Positions 10,728 through 21,275 of a stretch of 64,000 nucleotides of DNA are shown here, piece by piece. The position numbers were made by a program, and so were the translations under genes. Position 1 is the first letter of the stretch. Each line of letters begins with the position of its first letter. The stretch is taken from NCBI GenBank assembly GCA_036517255.1, contig DATDXE010000014.1:9994-73993 (forward strand), written 5' to 3'. The notes under the pieces are model-generated. The model saw nothing but the letters and a program-made list of their open reading frames with translations, was not told the DNA's origin and searched no databases. This DNA comes from Minisyncoccota bacterium (lineage in GTDB: Bacteria; Patescibacteriota; Minisyncoccia; Phycocordibacterales; WO2-35-19).

Positions 10728-11189
10728 ATGGTTGAAGTCACAAATATAGAAGAACATAGAAATAGATACCCGAAATATTCGCAAGTGCGTCAAAATACCG
10801 AGGAGCAAGAAGAACCAGAAAAAAAACAAAGGATTAAACTATGGATGGGAGCGTGCCTTATAGCGGCAGCTGGATCTATCGACCTGATACAAGCGTTACT
10901 TACTCTTGTTGCTATCGGAATAGTAATTTCTCCAATCATATCCGTGGGAGCAACATTCTTATTTTGGCTATGGCTGACTATTTTAGGAGTACCTTTTGGC
11001 ACAAGCCCGAAAAGGCTAGCTATAATGGCTACACAAGCTGTGGCTGAACTTTTTCCTGCTATTGACGCACTTCCAATACTAACAACAGGAACAATATTGT
11101 TAGTCTTAATCACCAGATCAGAAGACAGGGGTGGTATAATTGGAAAAGTCGCCAGTAAAGCGCAGGGCACTTTGAAGAAAGCGGCCTAG
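10728..11189 (+). CDS. hypothetical small membrane protein (T4SS cluster)
   Basis: Two to three hydrophobic helices; follows virB4. Confidence 0.35.
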   Translation: MVEVTNIEEHRNRYPKYSQVRQNTEEQEEPEKKQRIKLWMGACLIAAAGSIDLIQALLTLVAIGIVISPIISVGATFLFWLWLTILGVPFGTSPKRLAIMATQAVAELFPAIDALPILTTGTILLVLITRSEDRGGIIGKVASKAQGTLKKAA

Positions 11190-11201
11190 TTTGTATATTT
11201 T

Positions 11202-12215
<1,014 letters not shown>

Positions 12216-12223
12216 TTATACAA

Positions 12224-13018
12224 ATGATTAAACTTGCTCAACAACGACAACAACTGGAGTACAAAGTGCTTGCTCCGTTACCTGGTACAACCATTGGTAA
12301 TAGAGGGGAGAAAGCTGACTTACAAAGTTATATTCCTGGTATTTTTAATTTGATTATAGGTCTGGCGGCAGTCATCGCCGTAACTAAAATAATTTTTGGC
12401 GGTTTCCAATACATAACCACTGACGCCATTGCTGGTAAGTCGGAAGGAAAGAAACAAATCCAAAGTGCGGTGTATGGGCTTATCATGATAATCGCTTCTT
12501 GGCTTATTCTCTACACCATAAACCCCCGCCTCCTAACATTTGATTTGAATGTGGGAACGGTCAATGTACCAGAAGCCGCAGTTACAAGTGGCACACTTGC
12601 TGCGACAGTCAGTTGTAACGACTGCATACACGTTACCGATGGAAGCATCGAGTTCAGAAATACGGGAACAAACTTAAGTGCCGGTATTATACCTCAAACA
12701 ACTTCATTAGATTTTGGTATGGATAATAACGGTATTAATTGGTGGATAAGCGAAGGTAATCCACCCACGGGAACCCACAGAGATCCATGTCATAATAATG
12801 GCACTTGTTTTGACGCAAAAATAGATAACATGTTGACTCTTAACAAAGATAGAGCCGATGAGATTAATATCTTTATACGTGAAGCAAAACAAAGTCAGTT
12901 TTCTGTTGTTTCTTTCGAAGTGACTAGCCAAGAACATGTGGCAGAATGGGCAAAATTGGGGGTAACTGCAATTTATAACGAAAATGCTACCGGTCCACAC
13001 TTTCATGTAGAAAAATAA
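12224..13018 (+). CDS. putative VirB2/TrbC-like pilin with C-terminal extra domain
   Basis: Charged leader followed by two hydrophobic helices (IPGIFNLIIGLAAVIAVTKIIFGGF ... AVYGLIMIIASWLILYTINP) resembling conjugative pilin topology; then 150 aa extracellular domain. Confidence 0.3.
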   Translation: MIKLAQQRQQLEYKVLAPLPGTTIGNRGEKADLQSYIPGIFNLIIGLAAVIAVTKIIFGGFQYITTDAIAGKSEGKKQIQSAVYGLIMIIASWLILYTINPRLLTFDLNVGTVNVPEAAVTSGTLAATVSCNDCIHVTDGSIEFRNTGTNLSAGIIPQTTSLDFGMDNNGINWWISEGNPPTGTHRDPCHNNGTCFDAKIDNMLTLNKDRADEINIFIREAKQSQFSVVSFEVTSQEHVAEWAKLGVTAIYNENATGPHFHVEK

Positions 13019-14256
13019 TGTCCACTAAAAAGAAAATTTTAATATTGGGAATAGTCGTGATGGTGGGACTAGCGGCGTTTTTGGTTTTGTCATCCGAAAA
13101 AAGTAGCACTCCGATGGAAGAAAGAGGGTTTAGTTTAAGAAATTTCTTCCCCTTTGGTAATCCAGAGACTGATTTCGTAGAAACACAGAATACAAACGAG
13201 GAAGAAGTGGGACCAGAAACAAATTTTACCAATGATGGAGAAACAAAATTGCCTAAACTTAGAAAAATTTCAAACGAGCCTGTAGCTGGAGCAGTATTAT
13301 TGAATTCCGGTTCAACTACAATCGTAAGATTTGTTTACAAAAGTACTGGAAACGTATACGAGGCTCGTTCTGACTCTTCTACAATAAGTCGTATTACAAA
13401 TACTACCATACCTAAAATAAACAGGGCCATTTGGCTACCTGATGGAAGCGGCTTTCTGACCCAAAAAGCAGGAGAGAGCGGATTTGTCGAAACTTCTTAT
13501 ATTAGACTTAGATCGAGCACAGCTACTTCAAGTGAAATCACGACTCGCTATGAAACAGTGACCTCAAATTTACCTTCAGACATAGAAGAAATAGCTCCCA
13601 GTCCTGATAGTAAAAAAATATTTTATTACACCGCCGAGGCCGGAATGAAAGGTTTCTTAGCTAATCCTGATGGCACCAACCCATCTCTGGTTTATAGTGG
13701 CACTGTAGCAGAATGGACAATAGAGTGGTTTGGAACAAATTCGATACTACTTACAACTAAAGCTAGTTTCGGTTCTGAATCATTCGGCTATTTACTTAAT
13801 CCAACAAACAAATCTACAAGCAAGATATTCGGGGGAATCATGGGAGGGAGCGCCCTCACAAGAGGAGATGGTAAATATATTTTGACCTCTTCTGGAGGAA
13901 GCTCTCCCTTCTTACTATCCATCAATACAGCTTCTTCAGAGACAGCAGCAGATCTTTTGGTAAAAACTTTTAGTGAAAAGTGTGCTTGGAAAGGAAATAC
14001 ATTGTTTTTGATTTGTGGTATACCCAAAGTAATACCTTCCGGTAATTACCCTGATGCTTGGTACCAGGGGATACTCAGCACAAACGATTTCGTCGACATG
14101 ATAGATATAGAAAGAAAAACTGTAACTCCTATATCCGACCCAGAAAAAGAAACGGATGAAAAAATAAATGTAGATAAAATGATGATTTCTAAAGACGGGC
14201 GATACGCCTCTTTCCTAAACAAAGAGGATCAATCGTTATGGCTTTTGGAAATTTAA
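13018..14256 (+). CDS. secreted PD40/TolB-like beta-propeller repeat protein
   Basis: N-terminal TM anchor; repeats of type SPDGKKIFYY / ISKDGRYASFL. Confidence 0.4.
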   Translation: MSTKKKILILGIVVMVGLAAFLVLSSEKSSTPMEERGFSLRNFFPFGNPETDFVETQNTNEEEVGPETNFTNDGETKLPKLRKISNEPVAGAVLLNSGSTTIVRFVYKSTGNVYEARSDSSTISRITNTTIPKINRAIWLPDGSGFLTQKAGESGFVETSYIRLRSSTATSSEITTRYETVTSNLPSDIEEIAPSPDSKKIFYYTAEAGMKGFLANPDGTNPSLVYSGTVAEWTIEWFGTNSILLTTKASFGSESFGYLLNPTNKSTSKIFGGIMGGSALTRGDGKYILTSSGGSSPFLLSINTASSETAADLLVKTFSEKCAWKGNTLFLICGIPKVIPSGNYPDAWYQGILSTNDFVDMIDIERKTVTPISDPEKETDEKINVDKMMISKDGRYASFLNKEDQSLWLLEI

Positions 14257-14967
14257 CCTTTTCTTTATCCAAAGATCTTGGGCAATACCAAGAAGATTGG
14301 ACACGGCCCAATAGAGAGCAACTACACCAGAAATACGCCAAGAGACAAAAAATACTATGGCTGGAAGGAAATACCTCATCTGCATAGACATAACACGGGA
14401 AAGATCGTCTTTGAAATCAGGCTTCTTACCTGGAACAACAGGGGAAGGAGACGGGGTAGTAATTTTCATCTGGAAAAAGCTGGTGATCGCGGCAAGAAAA
14501 GCTAAAAAAATATTTTTACTTGCCACATCTATGAGGCCTAGAAAATTGGTAGAGACCACCTCTGGCGCCTGAACAAAAGAGTACAGCATTTCACTATTTA
14601 CCGAAGGAAAACCGGCGTAAGTAAATATGTGATAGAGAGAATAAATAATGGGAATTTGGATAAGAATGGTGACAAAACTAGAAAATGGATTGATTTTATA
14701 CTTTTTATAAAACTCCATCGTCTTCAGAGCCTGCGCCTCTCTATTGTCCTTATACTTTTCTCTTATTTCATCAAGCTCACTCTGGTGTTCCTTCATTTGA
14801 AGCTGAGTAACAGAGGTTTTCTTCGCGAGAGGGTAGAGAATGACCTTGACGAGAAGAGTAAGAACTATGACAGAAAGACCTATGTCAGCCACAGGCAAGA
14901 CATCAAGAATAAAGACTAAGGCATTATAGAGGGGAGTATAAATTATTATTTTAAAGAAGGATATCAT
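14236..14967 (-). CDS. yidC: membrane protein insertase YidC/Oxa1 (short form)
   Basis: Characteristic helices and LYPLAKKTSVTQLQMKEHQSELDEIREKYKDN motif; located next to rnpA-rpmH. Confidence 0.8.
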   Translation of the reverse strand: MISFFKIIIYTPLYNALVFILDVLPVADIGLSVIVLTLLVKVILYPLAKKTSVTQLQMKEHQSELDEIREKYKDNREAQALKTMEFYKKYKINPFSSFVTILIQIPIIYSLYHIFTYAGFPSVNSEMLYSFVQAPEVVSTNFLGLIDVASKNIFLAFLAAITSFFQMKITTPSPSPVVPGKKPDFKDDLSRVMSMQMRYFLPAIVFFVSWRISGVVALYWAVSNLLGIAQDLWIKKRLNFQKP

Positions 14968-15280
14968 GTGATTTTAATAGGAGGGTTTTTACTTCTTGCT
15001 CTACTTCTTTATACTCTATAGGAACGTTATAAAATGATAGTTTAAAAAGAAAACCAGGTTTTATTTTTAACATAAATTCGCTTAAAGCCCTATAACCCCA
15101 ACGCCTTATCCTATTCCTATCGACAGCCCTTTTGGCTGTCTTTTTAGAAATAGAGACTGCGAACCTTGTATGTCCTTTACCTTCGAAAACATAGAGGGAA
15201 GATAGTTGTCCTTTATAGACCTTGCCGGGTCGACTGGAAGGCCAAAGGTTGCGAGGGATTCTCCTTGTCTTCGGTAACAT
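14951..15280 (-). CDS. rnpA: ribonuclease P protein component RnpA
   Basis: RnpA-like basic sequence KTAKRAVDRNRIRRWGYRAL; synteny rpmH-rnpA-yidC. Confidence 0.75.
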   Translation of the reverse strand: MLPKTRRIPRNLWPSSRPGKVYKGQLSSLYVFEGKGHTRFAVSISKKTAKRAVDRNRIRRWGYRALSEFMLKIKPGFLFKLSFYNVPIEYKEVEQEVKTLLLKSHDILL

Positions 15281-15291
15281 TGTGGTTAAAA

Positions 15292-15426
15292 CTAAACCGA
15301 AAGCTTCTTCCTCCCTTTGCGGCGGCGAGCCAGGACCACTTTCTTTCCGCCAACCGTCCTTTTTCGTACTAGAAATCCATGGGCTTTTGCTCTTTTCCTT
15401 TTTTTTGGTTGATAGGTGATTGACAT
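15292..15426 (-). CDS. rpmH: 50S ribosomal protein L34 (44 aa; below ORF-track length cutoff)
   Basis: Manual translation of minus strand: [44 protein letters not shown], canonical L34. Confidence 0.8.
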   Translation of the reverse strand: MSITYQPKKRKRAKAHGFLVRKRTVGGKKVVLARRRKGRKKLSV

Positions 15427-15504
15427 GATCTTTAATTTGATTCTTTCATTACCGTACTAATGCTTATACACACATTATAAACAGCATTTAAGATTTTAAC
15501 AAGT

Positions 15505-16908
15505 TTGAAAAAAGTTAGACTTATATATAATTGGTTTCAAGAAGAAATCTTCAAACACGTTATGATGGACACAAAACAACTTTGGGATAAAACTTTAGAA
15601 GAATTGGAAGCGTCTATCTCAAAGGCTAACTTCACTACCTGGTTCCGGGATACATATATATTGAGGTTCGAGGAAAGTGTAGTTTTTCTGTCAGTCCCAA
15701 ACACCTTCGTTCAAGAATGGCTTCTCAAAAAGTTTCATCAAACCATATTGCGAACCCTACGAGCTCTTTCCCCAGGAGTACATTCAGTGGAATACATGGT
15801 TTCCAAAGACGAAAGGAAGAAAAATACCATACCAGCTAAACCCATCGTCTCTCCCACTAGAGCTATGCCTCTCAACGATTTCTATATCAACAAGGAGGAC
15901 AACCTAAATCCGCGTTACACCTTCGAATCATTTGTTGTGGGGCCATTTAATGAACTGGCAAACGCGGCAGCCCAAGCAGTAATCAAAAATTTAGGTATCG
16001 CCTACAACCCACTCTTCATTTACGGATCAACTGGCCACGGCAAAACTCACTTGATACAAGCGGTAGGAAACTACGTGAAAAACAATTACCCCTCAAAGAA
16101 AGTTTTCTACACCACTTCGGAAAAATTTTCAGTAGATTACATAAATTCTGTCCAAGCAAACAAAGTAAACCTTTTTAAAGAAAAATACAGGAAATACGAT
16201 GTCATCATCATGGACGATATCCAGTTCTTCTCCAACAAAGAGAAGACTCAAGAGGAACTGTTCCACCTTTTTAATACCTTTCACGATAACAACAAACAAA
16301 TAATATTCTCTTCAGACAAGCATCCAAACATGATCCCAGATATAGAAGCTCGCCTCAAATCCAGATTTGGCGGAGGCATGATCGTCGATATACCAGAACC
16401 TGACCACGAATCGCGTATGGCTATAATCAAATCGAAGTTTTCCTCGACTGGCTTCATGCCTTCCCAAGAAACCCTGGATTTCCTGACTAAAGAGGTGTTG
16501 GGCAACATACGAGACATAGAAGGAATAATAAACTCCATAGTGGTCCAGACTGAGCTAAAGAAAAGGGAACTTAATTTTAACGAAATAAGAGATCTGATAA
16601 AGAACAACACTAAACCAAAAAAGACCCTCTCATATAAGGAGGTAATAAAAATAATTTCCGACTTCTATAAAATAAACGAGGAAAGTATATATGAGAAAAC
16701 TAGAAAAAAAGAGATCATCAAGCCACGGCAGATAATAATGTACATACTACGAGAAGATTTCAGCATCTCCTACCCATCTATAGGGGAAAAGCTCGGTGGC
16801 CGTGATCACACCACTGTAATCCACTCCTGCGAAAAAATAAAAAACGATATCAAGTCGAATGATTTATTGGTAAAAGAAATTCAACAGATAAGATCGATGA
16901 TAACCTGA
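15505..16908 (+). CDS. dnaA: chromosomal replication initiator DnaA (probable true start at Met-Met 15562)
   Basis: AAA+ Walker A GSTGHGKTHL, DnaA box-binding C-terminus; upstream rpmH on opposite strand, dnaN downstream. Confidence 0.9.
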   Translation: MKKVRLIYNWFQEEIFKHVMMDTKQLWDKTLEELEASISKANFTTWFRDTYILRFEESVVFLSVPNTFVQEWLLKKFHQTILRTLRALSPGVHSVEYMVSKDERKKNTIPAKPIVSPTRAMPLNDFYINKEDNLNPRYTFESFVVGPFNELANAAAQAVIKNLGIAYNPLFIYGSTGHGKTHLIQAVGNYVKNNYPSKKVFYTTSEKFSVDYINSVQANKVNLFKEKYRKYDVIIMDDIQFFSNKEKTQEELFHLFNTFHDNNKQIIFSSDKHPNMIPDIEARLKSRFGGGMIVDIPEPDHESRMAIIKSKFSSTGFMPSQETLDFLTKEVLGNIRDIEGIINSIVVQTELKKRELNFNEIRDLIKNNTKPKKTLSYKEVIKIISDFYKINEESIYEKTRKKEIIKPRQIIMYILREDFSISYPSIGEKLGGRDHTTVIHSCEKIKNDIKSNDLLVKEIQQIRSMIT

Positions 16909-17125
16909 AGATAAAATGTGTATAAGGTGTTTAAAAAAATTAATATAATTGGATTATAGAAAAATAAAAATGTTAGATTCACAGTTTCCACAAAACAATA
17001 CCCAACTCAAAAATAAGTTATATCCATTAAAAACGTTTGGATTAAACATTTTTAGTGGATATCCACATATACACACCCATAATAAGGCTTAATAAATTTT
17101 TATTTGAATAATTAATTAAAAAGAG
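16909..17125. other. candidate oriC region (AT-rich dnaA-dnaN spacer) with DnaA-box-like 9-mers; a second candidate lies 15427-15504
   Basis: 217 bp AT-rich spacer; atatccaca at ~17062 (1 mismatch to TTATCCACA); ttatacaca at ~15462 upstream of dnaA. Confidence 0.4.
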
Positions 17126-18232
17126 ATGAAAATCGAAACTACAGTAAAACAAATTTTCGGAATAATCGATAAAGCCGTAAGAGCTACAGGGAAAAATCTC
17201 TCCCTACCAGTACTTTCTTGTGTGTATATGACTGTGGATAAAGAAAATGGAATGTTGAAAGTAAAATCAACTAATTTGGATATTGGGTTGGAACTCAGTT
17301 TGAAAGTAAAATGTGAAGAAAGTGGAGTAGTGGCAGTACCGGCCCAGGTTTTCCTTGGTTTCCTTTCTTCTATCAAAAACGATTCTACTCTCACTCTGGC
17401 TTTGAATAATGGAAATCTTTCTGTTTCGACCAAGAACAATTCAAGTGTTATCAAGTGTATTCCGAGTGAAGATTTCCCAGAGATTCCTAAGGTTTCTTCT
17501 GGTAAAGAAACAACGATAAAGCCAAAAGAATTTATAAATGGCATAAAATCGGTTTGGTACAGCGCCTCAAATTCCAGCATAAAACCAGAACTCTCAAGTG
17601 TATACATTGCTCCGGGGGAACAGGAACTACTTTTTGTTTCCACTGACTCGTTCCGTTTGGCGGAGAAAAAGGTGCACTATAAAAAACCTACCGACTTCCA
17701 ATCTATACTCCTACCTTCTAAAAATATTCCAGATATTATAAAAATCATAGAGAGTTATGATGAAGAAATAAAAATATCTTTTGATAAAAATCAGGTCAGC
17801 TTTACTTTTACTGACGGTTTCCTGGTATCGCGAATTGTGGAAGGCTCGTTTCCTGATTACAAACAGATCATCCCTAAATCATCGGATACTTTTGTCACTG
17901 TACTCAAAAATGATTTTGTTTCGACCATACGCTCGGCCCAAGTGTTCTCTGACGCGTTTAACCAGGTCAGGTTCAAAGTAAATCCGAAAGACAGGAAGTT
18001 TACCATTGCCACCAAAAATAATGATGTGGGGGAATACACGGAGGATGTGCCGGCAAAAATAGAGGGGGAAGAGATGGAGATAAGTTTTAATCATAAATAT
18101 ATACTGGATTGTATGCAGTCGATTGATTCGGATAGCCTAGAGCTTAAGCTCTCTGGAGCCGGGAAGCCGATGATTATACAGGGGGCGGGGGATAAAAGTT
18201 TTAGCTATGTGGTGATGCCGATGAATAGATAG
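17126..18232 (+). CDS. dnaN: DNA polymerase III beta sliding clamp
   Basis: Three-domain clamp-like sequence, synteny after dnaA. Confidence 0.85.
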   Translation: MKIETTVKQIFGIIDKAVRATGKNLSLPVLSCVYMTVDKENGMLKVKSTNLDIGLELSLKVKCEESGVVAVPAQVFLGFLSSIKNDSTLTLALNNGNLSVSTKNNSSVIKCIPSEDFPEIPKVSSGKETTIKPKEFINGIKSVWYSASNSSIKPELSSVYIAPGEQELLFVSTDSFRLAEKKVHYKKPTDFQSILLPSKNIPDIIKIIESYDEEIKISFDKNQVSFTFTDGFLVSRIVEGSFPDYKQIIPKSSDTFVTVLKNDFVSTIRSAQVFSDAFNQVRFKVNPKDRKFTIATKNNDVGEYTEDVPAKIEGEEMEISFNHKYILDCMQSIDSDSLELKLSGAGKPMIIQGAGDKSFSYVVMPMNR

Positions 18233-18298
18233 ACCTCACCCGTCACTATCGTGTCGACCTCCCTTTGAGCAGGGGAGGTAAAGCGGGGAAGAAACAAT

Positions 18299-18550
18299 AT
18301 GTTAAACATTAAAAGTTTTTTTCAGAAGTTTGCAAAAATACAAGAAGAGAGTGCGGCCTCGAAGGAGGGGATTACAAATGCTATTAAAAAAGTTACTGGT
18401 ATAAACCTCACTCCAAATAATTTTACTCTCGAAGAAGGCGTCCTTCGCCTTTCCGTAACTCCCATCATCCGAAACGAACTCTATATGCGCAAAGACAAAA
18501 TCATCTCCGAACTCACTTCTGCTGGTTTTAAAGTAAAAGAGATTAGATAA
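18299..18550 (+). CDS. small hypothetical protein downstream of dnaN
   Basis: 83 aa ORF with good coding character; no motif recognised. Confidence 0.4.
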   Translation: MLNIKSFFQKFAKIQEESAASKEGITNAIKKVTGINLTPNNFTLEEGVLRLSVTPIIRNELYMRKDKIISELTSAGFKVKEIR

Positions 18551-18577
18551 TCTTTTTAAAAACTACATAAGGCAAGA

Positions 18578-18603
18578 CCCCGCGACTTTTGACGGTCGCG
18601 GGG
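18578..18603. terminator. GC-rich hairpin (9 bp stem ccccgcgac/gtcgcgggg) between convergent genes
   Basis: Perfect inverted repeat in AT-rich spacer between 18299-18550 (+) and 18677-18988 (-). Confidence 0.4.
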
Positions 18604-18676
18604 CTGTTGGCGGGAACTTTTTTTGGAGGGGATTTGGCAGGGCTTGTGGCGGCAACGAATGTGCCGCCGGCGGGAT

Positions 18677-18988
18677 TTACTCGACGTTCTTTTTGCGGCG
18701 CAGGACGATGAATCCCAAAAACATCACAGCTAGAACTGCAGAGATGATGCGAATCATCACGTAGTCATCGTCGATCGCGATGGCCGCCTTGATCGGTGTC
18801 TCGCCGTACATGGCACTCTCGATCCTTCCCATGATGTTTTTGATGGACGCCGCTACTCCCGGCATTATTGAGGCCGCGGCGACGGTCACGAAACCGGCCA
18901 TCAGGGCGTATTCGATGAGATCCTGGCCATGCTGGCCTTTGCTCCGCAAGTAGCGGGGCGACGTTCCTGAACCATTCGGGTTTAGCAT
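18677..18988 (-). CDS. Flp/Fap-pilin-like protein, GC-rich (atypical composition)
   Basis: Leader ...KGQHGQDLIEYALMAGFVTVAAASI resembles Flp motif G-x4-EY-x-L followed by hydrophobic helix; local GC about 55% versus about 38% flanks. Confidence 0.4.
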   Translation of the reverse strand: MLNPNGSGTSPRYLRSKGQHGQDLIEYALMAGFVTVAAASIMPGVAASIKNIMGRIESAMYGETPIKAAIAIDDDYVMIRIISAVLAVMFLGFIVLRRKKNVE

Positions 18989-19097
18989 TGGGCTAACCCT
19001 CCTTTCCTCTGTCCTAAAGTATAGCAGAATACAAGCTATATGTCAATAGCAAATTGTGCAAAATTATAAAATAAGCCTAGAAATAGGAGTTTTATAG

Positions 19098-21227
19098 CTA
19101 TTGGCCTTGGAAGTTTACAGTTGATTGGATGAAACTATTCTCCTGAAGCCACTTTTGAACGCCGTATTCCCAGTTGGCAAATTGAGAATCGTTTTGAGGG
19201 AATTCTGGCTTTGGACCTCGAGGGTCAGCTCTATTTACCCAGTATAGAATCGAATGTACTCCTTCACTCCCACCTTCGGCTTGCCACACTCCTCTTAATA
19301 TTGGTTTTAGTAAAGTAGTATCTTCCGGAGTTGGTTCTTCAAAAGATTCGTTGGGATAGAAGTGAAGAGCTCGATCCATAAAAGCGCGCCAGAGGGGAGC
19401 GACGATAAAGCCGGCTACTTGTTTATCCATCGGAGAGTTGTCATTGTTGCCAGCCCAAGCACCGACAGCGATGGAGGGAGTGTAGCCGATGATCCAGGCA
19501 TCACGATAGTCGTTGGTGGTACCGGTTTTGACAGCTACATCTTGAGAAGGAAAATGGAGGAAGGAAGAAGCACCAAAGGCGGGAGCCCTAGCTTCATTAT
19601 CGGAAAGAATGTCGGAAATTTTGAGAGTAATCTCTTTTTCCAAAACTTGAGTCGGATGAGGCTCTAGTTTTTCCACAATGTTTCCTTGTTTATCAGTGAT
19701 TTCCAATATCGGATTGACTTCATTCCTCATACCTTCATTGGCAAAGACGGAATAAGCTGAAGTAATTTCAAGTGGAGTAACTTCGCCACCTCCGAGAACG
19801 AGGGTGAGGCCATAGTCGCCTCTGTTTGAGAGGGATTGCATACCCATGTCGCGAGCTAGCCTTATAGAATCCTGCACTCCTGCTAGGTATAGAGCTTTCA
19901 CTGCAGGGATGTTTACTGATTGAGCCAAAGCATTCCTTATAGTCATCGGACCAGTAAATTTGAGGTCGTAATTGTCGGGGGAATAACAAGTGTTTAGACT
20001 AGTAAGATTATCGGGGGCACAAGCGGTAGCAAACTGGGTTTTAACATTAAATAGAATTGTTTCCGGAGTGTAGCCTTTTTGAAAAGCGACAGAGTAGACG
20101 AAAGGCTTGAAGGTGGAGCCTGGTTGCCTTTTGGCCAAAGTAACATTGAAAGCCCCATCGATTTCAGGATCGAAATAATCGCGACTGCCGACCATGACTA
20201 AGATGCCTCCAGTTTTCGGGTCGATAGCGGTGAGAGCAGCATTCTCAGCTTTAAACTTGATAACATTTTCGAGAGCATAATCGTGAGCGATATCCTGAGC
20301 CATCACCTGCAGTTCATAATTTAGAGTAGTTTTGACTTTGAGGCCTCCTTTTTCCAGGACGTCGTTACCGTATTTGTTTTTCAAGTGACTCATGACATAG
20401 AAAACAAAATGAGGAGCTTTAATACTCGAATCCTCTTTTGGTTTAAACTCGATCACCTCAGCTTTTGATTTGTTGTATTCTTCCTCCGAAATTACTTCTG
20501 TTTCTAGCATTTCGGCCAGGACTAAATTCTTTCTTGCTTCTAGTTTGTCGCGATTTTTACCGTAAGGCGAATAAAAAGTAGGAGCTTTAGGAATAGCGGC
20601 AACATAAGCGGCTTCAGTCAGATTTAATTCCGAAGCGTTTTTACCAAAGAAGGTTTCGCTAGCTTCCTCGATGCCGTACATGGTGCCTCCGTACGGAATT
20701 TCATTTAAGTACATGGAAAGGATTTCATCTTTGGAAAGAACTTTCTCCAGTCGGATAGCAAGCACCCACTCCTTTAGTTTTCTTGATATCCATTTCTCAT
20801 TTGTCAGAATAGAATTTTTAACCACCTGTTGAGTAATGGTGGAGCCACCTTGGCTGAAAGAGAGTGAAGTCAAATTGACGAGCATCGCTCTTATAAAAGA
20901 GGTCGGCTTCACTCCTTTGTGATTATAAAAATCCTGATCCTCTATTGCTATGGCGGCCTTTTTAGCATAATCGGAAATTTCCTCTATCGGTACAACCGTC
21001 CTTTTAGTGTTTTGTGATACATCGTAGAGAAGGACATTCCCGGTAGAGTCGTATATTTTGGTCGATTCAGCCACTCTGCGTTCCTGGATAGCTTGGAGAG
21101 AAGGTACTTTGAAGCTTGAAATCCAAAGGATGGCTACTGCTCCTATAAGCAAAGCGCAACCTAATAAAAAAATAGCGGCTGTTTTGAGCCCATGGCGGTG
21201 TTTAAAGTAAAAAATACGGAGATTCAT
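19098..21227 (-). CDS. class A penicillin-binding protein (glycosyltransferase + transpeptidase), PBP1A-type
   Basis: GT51 motifs EDQDFYNHKGV and GGSTITQQ; transpeptidase STFKP (SxxK), SVN, KTGTT. Confidence 0.85.
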   Translation of the reverse strand: MNLRIFYFKHRHGLKTAAIFLLGCALLIGAVAILWISSFKVPSLQAIQERRVAESTKIYDSTGNVLLYDVSQNTKRTVVPIEEISDYAKKAAIAIEDQDFYNHKGVKPTSFIRAMLVNLTSLSFSQGGSTITQQVVKNSILTNEKWISRKLKEWVLAIRLEKVLSKDEILSMYLNEIPYGGTMYGIEEASETFFGKNASELNLTEAAYVAAIPKAPTFYSPYGKNRDKLEARKNLVLAEMLETEVISEEEYNKSKAEVIEFKPKEDSSIKAPHFVFYVMSHLKNKYGNDVLEKGGLKVKTTLNYELQVMAQDIAHDYALENVIKFKAENAALTAIDPKTGGILVMVGSRDYFDPEIDGAFNVTLAKRQPGSTFKPFVYSVAFQKGYTPETILFNVKTQFATACAPDNLTSLNTCYSPDNYDLKFTGPMTIRNALAQSVNIPAVKALYLAGVQDSIRLARDMGMQSLSNRGDYGLTLVLGGGEVTPLEITSAYSVFANEGMRNEVNPILEITDKQGNIVEKLEPHPTQVLEKEITLKISDILSDNEARAPAFGASSFLHFPSQDVAVKTGTTNDYRDAWIIGYTPSIAVGAWAGNNDNSPMDKQVAGFIVAPLWRAFMDRALHFYPNESFEEPTPEDTTLLKPILRGVWQAEGGSEGVHSILYWVNRADPRGPKPEFPQNDSQFANWEYGVQKWLQENSFIQSTVNFQGQ

Positions 21228-21275
21228 GTAAATGCGATTATACCAAGAATTAGCCTTTTATGATAGAGTTTTTGT

